Of a DNA stretch of 64,000 nucleotides, positions 36,001 to 45,000 are shown piece after piece. Origin of the DNA: Eledone cirrhosa (taxonomy: Eukaryota); contig OZ024744.1 in NCBI GenBank assembly GCA_964016885.1, forward strand, positions 9,238,001 to 9,302,000, in the 5' to 3' direction. Each line of letters starts with the position of its first letter. The first letter of the stretch is position 1. The notes beneath the pieces were generated by a model. The model was not told the origin of the DNA, made no database searches, and was given only the letters and a program-made list of their open reading frames with translations. The translations under genes and the position numbers were made by a program.

Positions 36001-39000
36001 CAGCGGCACCAATGTCTACAACAACAACAGCGGCAAAAATGTCTACAACAACAACAACACCGGCACCAATGTCTACAACAACAACAACAGCGGCACCAAT
36101 GTCTACAACAACAACAACAACACCGGCATCAATGTCTACAACAACAACAACACCGGCACCAACGTCTACAACAACAACAACAGGGGCACCAATGTCTACA
36201 ACAACAATAACACCGGCACCAATGTCTACAACAACAACAACAGCGGCACCAATGTCTACAACAACAACAACAGGGGCACCAATGTCTACAACAACAACAA
36301 CAGCGGCACCAGTGTCTACAACAACAACAGCGGCACCAATGTCTACAACAACAACAACACCGGCACCAATGTCTACAACAACAACAACAGCGGCACCAAT
36401 GTCTACAACAACAACAACACCGGCACCAATATCTACAACAACAACAACAGCGGCACCAGTGTCTACAACAACAACAACAGGGGCACCAACGTCTACAACA
36501 ACAACAACAGGGGCACCAATGTCTACAACAACAACAACAGCGGCACCAATGTCTACAACAACAACAACAGCGGCACCAATGTCTACAACAACAACAACAG
36601 CGGCACCAATGTCTACAACAACAACAACAGCGGCACCAATGTCTACAACAACAACAACAACAGCGGCACCAATGTCTACAACAACAACAACAGCGGCACC
36701 AATGTCTACAACAACAACAACAGCGGCACCAATGTCTACAACAACAACAACAGCGGCACCAATGTCTACAACAACAACAACAACAGCGGCACCAATGTCT
36801 ACAACAACAACAACAGCGGCACCAATGTCTACAACAACAACAACAACAGCGGCACCAATGTCTACAACAACAACAACAACACCGGCACCAATATCTACAA
36901 CAACAACAACACCGGCACCAATGTCTACAACAACAACAACAGCGGCACCAATGTCTACAACAACAACAACAACACCGGCACCAATATCTACAACAACAAC
37001 AACAACAGCGGCACCAATGTCTACAACAACAACAACAACAACAACAGCGGCACCAATGTCTACAACAACAACAACACCGGCACCAATGTCTACAACAACA
37101 ACGGCACCAATGTCTACAACAACAACAACAGCGGCACCAATGTCTACAACAACAACAACACCGGCACCAATGTCTACAACAACAACAACAGCGGCACCAA
37201 TGCCTACAACAACAACAACAGCGGCACCAATGTCTACAACAACAACAACAGCGGCACCAATGTCTACAACAACAACAACAGCGGCACCAATGTCTACAAC
37301 AACAACAGCGGCACCAATGTCTACAACAACAACAACAGCGGCACCAATATCTACAACAACAACAACAGCGGCACCAATGTCTACAACAACAACAACACCA
37401 GCACCAATGTCTACAACAACAACAACAGCAGCACCAATGTCTACAACAACAACAACAGCGGCACCAATGTCTACAACAACAACAACACCGGCACCAATGT
37501 CTACAACAACAACAACAACAGCGGCACCAACGTCTACAACAACAACATCAGCGGCACCAATGTCTACAACAACAACAACAGCGGCACCAATGTCTACATA
37601 AACAACAACAGCGGCACCAATGTCTACAACAACAACAACAGCGGCACCAATGTCTACAACAACAACAACAGTGGCACCAATGTCTACAACAACAACAACA
37701 GCGGCACCAATGTCTACAACAACAACAACAGCGGCGCCAATGTCTACAACAACAACAACAACAGCGGCACCAATGTCTACAACAACAACAACAACAGCGG
37801 CACCAATATCTACAACAACAACAACACCGGCACCAATATCTACAACAACAACAACACCGGCACCAATGTCTACAACAACAACAACAACAACAGCGGCACC
37901 AATGTCTACAACAACAACAACAGCGGCACCAATGTCTACAACAACAACAACAGCGGCACCAATGTCTACAACAACAACAACAGCGGCACCAATGTCTACA
38001 ACAACAACAACACCGGCACCAATGTCTACAACAACAACAGTGGCACCAATGTCTACAACAACAACAACAGCGGCACCAATGTCTACAACAACAACAACAG
38101 CGGCACCAATGTCTACAACAACAACAACACCGGCACCAATGTCTACAACAACAACAGTGGCACCAATGTCTACAACAACAGCAACAACAGCGGCACCAAT
38201 GTCTACAACAACAACAACAGCGGCACCAATGTCTACAACAACAGCAACAGCGGCACCAATGTCTACAACAACAACAACAGCGGCACCAATGTCTACAACA
38301 ACAACAACAGCGGCACCAATGTCTACAACAACAACAACAGCGGCACCAATGTCTACAACAACAACAACAGCGGCACCAATGTCTACAACAACAACAACAG
38401 CGGCACCAATGTCTACAACAACAACAACAGCGGCACCAATGTCTACAACAACAGCAACAGCGGCACCAATGTCTACAACAACAGCAACAGCGGCACCAAT
38501 GTCTACAACAACAACAACAGCGGCACCAATATCTACAACACCAACAACAGCGGCACCAATGTCTACAACAACAACAACAGCGGCACCAATGTCTACAACA
38601 ACAACAACAGCGGCACCAATGTCTACAACAACAACAACAACACCGGCACCAATGTCTACAACAACAACAACAGCGGCACCAATGTCTACAACAACAACAA
38701 CAACACCGGCACCAAAGTCTACAACAACAACAACAGCGGCACCAATATCTACAACAACAACAACAGCGGCACCAATGTCTACAACAACAACAACACCGGC
38801 ACCAATGTCTACAACAACAACAACAGCGGCACCAATGTCTACAACAACAACAACAGCGGCACCAACGTCTACAACAACAACAACAGCGGCACCAGTGTCT
38901 ACAAAAACAACAACAGCGGCACCAATGTCTACAACAACAACAACAGCGGCACCAATGTCTACAACAACAACAACAACAGCAGCACCAATGTCTACAACAA

Positions 39001-42000
39001 CAACAACAGCGGCACCAATGTCTACAACAACAACAACAACAGCAGCACCAATGTCTACAACAACAACAACAACTCCGGCACCAATGTCTACAACAACAAC
39101 AGCGGCACCAATGTCTACAACAACAACAACAGCGGCACCAATGTCTACAACAACAACAACAGCGGCACCAATGTCTACAACAACAACAACACCGGCACCA
39201 ATGTCTACAACAACAACAACAACACCGGCACCAATGTCTACAACAACAACAACAGCGGCACCAATGTCTACAACAACAACAACACCGGCACCAATGTCTA
39301 CAACAACAACAGTGGCACCAATGTCTACAACAACAACAACACCGGCACCAATGTCTACAACAACAACAACACCGGCACCAATGTCTACAACAACAACAAC
39401 AACAACAGCAGCACCAATGTCTACAACAACAACAACAACTCCGGCACCAATGTCTACAACAACAACAGCGGCACCAATGTCTACAACAACAACAACGGCG
39501 GCACCAATGTCTACAACAACAACAACAACAGCGTTACCAATGTCTACAACAACAACAACAGCGGCACCAATGTCTACAACAACAACAACAGCGGCACCAA
39601 TGTCTACAACAACAACAACAACACCGGCACCAATGTCTACAACAACAACAACAGCGGCACCAATGTCTACAACAACAACAACAACACCGGCACCAATGTC
39701 TACAACAACAACAACAGCGGCACCAATGTCTACAACAACAGCAACAACAGCGGCACCAATGTCTACAACAACAACAGCGGCACCAATGTCTACAACAACA
39801 ACAACAACACCGGCACCAATGTCTACAACAACAACAACAGCGGCACCAATGTCTACAACAACAACAACAGCGGCATCAATGTCTACAACAACAACAACAG
39901 CGGCACCAATGTCTACAACAACAGCAACAACAGCGGCACCAATGTCTACAACAACAACAATAACAGCGGCACCAATGTCTACAACAACAACAACAGCGGC
40001 ACCAATGTCTACAACAACAGCAACAACAACGGCACCAGTGTCTACAACAACAACAGCGGCACCAATGTCTACAACAACATCAACACCGGCACCAATGTCT
40101 ACAACAACAACAACAGCGGCACCAATGTCTACAACAACAACAACAGCGGCACCAATGTCTACAACAACAACAACAGCGGCACCAATGTCTACAACAACAA
40201 CAACAACAGCGGCACCAATGTCTACAACAACAACAACAACACCGGCACCAATTTCTACAACAACAACAACAGCGGCACAAATGTCTACAACAACAACAAC
40301 AGCGGCACCAATGTCTACAACAACAACAACACCGGCACCAATGTCTACAACAACAACAACAGCGGCACCAATGTCTACAACAACAACAACAGCGGCACCA
40401 ATGTCTACAACAACAACAACAACAGCGGCACCAATGTCTACAACAACAACAACAACAACGGCACCAATGTCTACAACAACAACAACAGCGGCACCAATGT
40501 CTACAACAACAACAACAACACCGGCACCAATGTCTACAACAACAACAACAGCGGCACCAATGTCTACAACAACAGCAACAACAGCGGCACCAGTGTCTAC
40601 AACAACAACAGCGGCACCAATGTCTACAACAACAACAACACCGGCACCAATGTCTACAACAACAACAACAACAGCGGCACCAATGTCTACAACAACAACA
40701 ACAGCGGCACCAATGTCTACAACAACAACAACAGCGGCACCAATGTCTACAACAACAACAACAGCGGCACCAATGTCTACAACAACAACAACAGCGGCAC
40801 CAATGTCTACAACAACAACAACACCGGCACCAATGTCTACAACAACAACAACAACAGCGGCACCAATGTCTACAACAACAACAACAGCGGCACCAATGTC
40901 TACAACAACAACAACAGCCGGCACCAATGTCTACAACAACAACAACAGCGGCACCAATGTCTACAACAACAACAACAGCGGCACCAATGTCTACAACAAC
41001 AACAACAGCGGCACCAATGTCTACAACAACAACACCGGCACCAATGTCTACAACAACAACAACAGCGGCACCAATGTCTACAACAACAACAACAACAGCG
41101 GTACCAATGTCTACAACAACAACAACAGCGGCACCAATGTCTACAACAACAACACGGGCACCAATGTCTACAACAACAACAACAGCGGCACCAATGTCTA
41201 CAACAACAACAACACCGGCACCAATGTCTACAACAACAACAACAGCGGCACCAATGTCTACAACAACAACAACAGCGGCACCAATGTCTACAACAACAAC
41301 AACAGCGGCACCAATGTCTACAACAACAACAACAGCGGCACCAATGTCTACAACAACAACAACAGCAGGCACCAATGTCTACAACAACAACAACACAGGC
41401 ACCAATGTCTACAACAACAACAACAGCGGCACCAATGTCTACAACAACAACAACAGCGGCACCAATGTCTACAACAACAACAACAACAGCGGCACCAATG
41501 TCTACAACAACAACAACACGGCACCAATGTCTACAACAACAACAACAGCGGCACCAATGTCTACAACAACAACAACAGCGGCACCAATGTCTACAACAAC
41601 AACAACAGCGGCACCAATGTCTACAACAACAACAACAGCGGCACCAATGTCTACAACAACAACAACAACAGCGGCACCAATGTCTACAACAACAACAACA
41701 CAGGCACCAATGTCTACAACAACAACAACACAAGGCACCAATGTCTACAACAACAACAACACCGGCACCAATGTCTACAACAACAACATCAGCGGCACCA
41801 ATGTCTACAACAACAACAACAGCGGCACCAACGTCTACAACAACAACAACAGCGGCACCAATGTCTACAACAACAACAACAGCGGCACCAATATCTACAA
41901 CAACAACAACAGCGGCACCAATGTCTACAACAACAACAACAGCGGCACCAATGTCTACAACAACAACAACAACAGCGGCACCAATGTCTACAACAACAAC

Positions 42001-45000
42001 AACAACACCGGCACCAATGTCTACAACAACACAACAACAGCGGCACCAATGTCTACAACAACAACAACAACACCGGCACCAATGTCTACAACAACAACAA
42101 CAACACCGGCACCAATGTCTACAACAACAACACAACAGCGGCACCAATGTCTACAACAACAACAACAGCGGCACCAATGTCTACAACAACAACAACAACA
42201 ACAACACGGCACCAATGTCTACAACAACAACAACAACAACAACACCGGCACCAATGTCTACAACAACAACAACAGTGGCACCAATGTCTACAACAACAAC
42301 AACAGCGGCACCAATGTCTACAACAACAACAACAGTGGCACCAATGTCTACAACAACAACAACAGCGGCACCAATGTCTACAACAACAACAACAGCGGCA
42401 CGAATGTCTACAACAACAACAACAACTCCGGCACCAATGTCTACAACAACAACAACAACAGCGGCACCAATGTCTACAACAACAACAACAGCGGCACCAA
42501 TGTCTACAACAACAACAACAACAACAGCGGCACCAATGTCTACAACAACAACAACAACAACAACACCGGCACCAATGTCTACAACAACAACAACAGTGGC
42601 ACCAATGTCTACAACAACAACAACAGCGGCACCAATGTCTACAACAACAACAACAGTCGGCACCAATGTCTACAACAACAACAACAGCGGCACCAATGTC
42701 TACAACAACAACAACAGCGGCACGAATGTCTACAACAACAACAACAACTCCGGCACCAATATCTACAACAACAACAACAACACCGGCACCAATGTCTACA
42801 ACAACAACAACAGCGGCACCAATGTCTACAACAACAACAACAGCGGCACCAATGTCTACAACAACAACAACAACAACACCGGCACCAATGTCTACAACAA
42901 CAACAACACCGGCACCAATGTCTACAACAACAACAACAACAGCGGCACCAATGTCTACAACAACAACAACAACAGCGGCACCAATGTCTACAACAACAAC
43001 AACAGCGGCACCAATGTCTACAACAACAACAACAACAGCGGCACCAATGTCTACAACAACAACAACAACAGCGGCACCAATGTCTACAACAACAACAACA
43101 ACACCGGCACCAATGTCTACAACAACAGCAACAACAGCGGCACCAATGTCTACAACAACAACAACAACACCGGCACCAATGTCTACAACAACAACAACAA
43201 CAGCGGCACCAATGTCTACAACAACAACAACAACAGCGGCACCAATGTCTACAACAACAACAACAACAGCGGCACCAATGTCTACAACAACAGCAACAAC
43301 AGCGGCACCAATGTCTACAACAACAACAACAGCGGCACCAATGTCTACAACAACAGCAACAACAGCGGCACCAATGTCTACAACAACAACAACAACACCG
43401 GCACCAATGTCTACAACAACAACAACAACAGCGGCACCAATGTCTACAACAACAACAACAACACCGGCACCAATGTCTACAACAACAACAACAACACCGG
43501 CACCAATGTCTACAACAACAACAACAACAGCGGCACCAATGTCTACAACAACAACAACAACAGCCGGCACCAATGTCTACAACAACAACAACAACACGGC
43601 ACCAATGTCTACAACAACAGCAACAACAGCGGCACCAATGTCTACAACAACAACAACAACACCGGCACCAATGTCTACAACAACAACAACAGCGGCACCA
43701 ATGTCTACAACAACAACAACAACACCGGCACCAATGTCTACAACAACAACAACAACAGCGGCACCAATGTCTACAACAACAACAACAACACCGGCACCAA
43801 TGTCTACAACAACAACAACAACACCGGCACCAATGTCTACAACAACAACAACAACAGCGGCACCAATGTCTACAACAACAACAACAACACCGGCACCAAT
43901 GTCTACAACAACAACAACAACACCGGCACCAATGTCTACAACAACAACAACAGCGGCACCAATGTCTACAACAACAACAACAACAGCGGCACCAATGTCT
44001 ACAACAACAACAACAACAGCGGCACCAATGTCTACAACAACAACAACAACACCGGCACCAATGTCTACAACAACAACAACAGCGGCACCAATGTCTACAA
44101 CAACAACAACAACAGCGGCACCAATGTCTACAACAACAACAACAACAACAGCGGCACCAATGTCTACAACAACAACAACAACAGCGGCACCAATGTCTAC
44201 AACAACAACAACAACAGCGGCACCAATGTCTACAACAACAACAACAACACCGGCACCAATGTCTACAACAACAACAACAACAGCGGCACCAATGTCTACA
44301 ACAACAACAACAACAGCGGCACCAATGTCTACAACAACAACAACAACAACAACAGCGGCACCAATGTCTACAACAACAACAACAACAGCGGCACCAATGT
44401 CTACAACAACAACAATAACAGCGGCACCAATGTCTACAACAACAACAACAGCGGCACCAATGTCTACAACAACAACAACAACACCGGCACCAATGTCTAC
44501 AACAACAATAACAACAGCGGCACCAATGTCTACAACAACAACAACAACACCGGCACCAATGTCTACAACAACAACAACAGCGGCACCAATGTCTACAACA
44601 ACAACAACAACAGCGGCACCAATGTCTACAACAACAACAACAACAGCGGCACCAATGTCTACAACAACAACAACAACAGCGGCACCAATGTCTACAACAA
44701 CAACAACAACAGCGGCACCAATGTCTACAACAACAACAACAACACCGGCACCAATGTCTACAACAACAACAACAGCGGCACCAATGTCTACAACAACAAC
44801 AACAGCGGCACCAATGTCTACAACAACAACAACAACAACAACAGCGGCACCAATGTCTACAACAACAACAACAACAACAACAGCGGCACCAATGTCTACA
44901 ACAAAAACAACAACAGCGGCACCAATGTCTACAACAACAACAATAACAGCGGCACCAATGTCTACAACAACAACAATAACAGCGGCACCAATGTCTACAA

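Noticed and set aside
614-40927. 13,437-aa minus-strand DIGAAVVVVV ORF as a protein
   Set aside because: Antisense shadow of the repeat. Its start arises from an artefact-like indel, and about 50% Val over 13,000 residues is implausible. The unit has no stop in this frame by construction.
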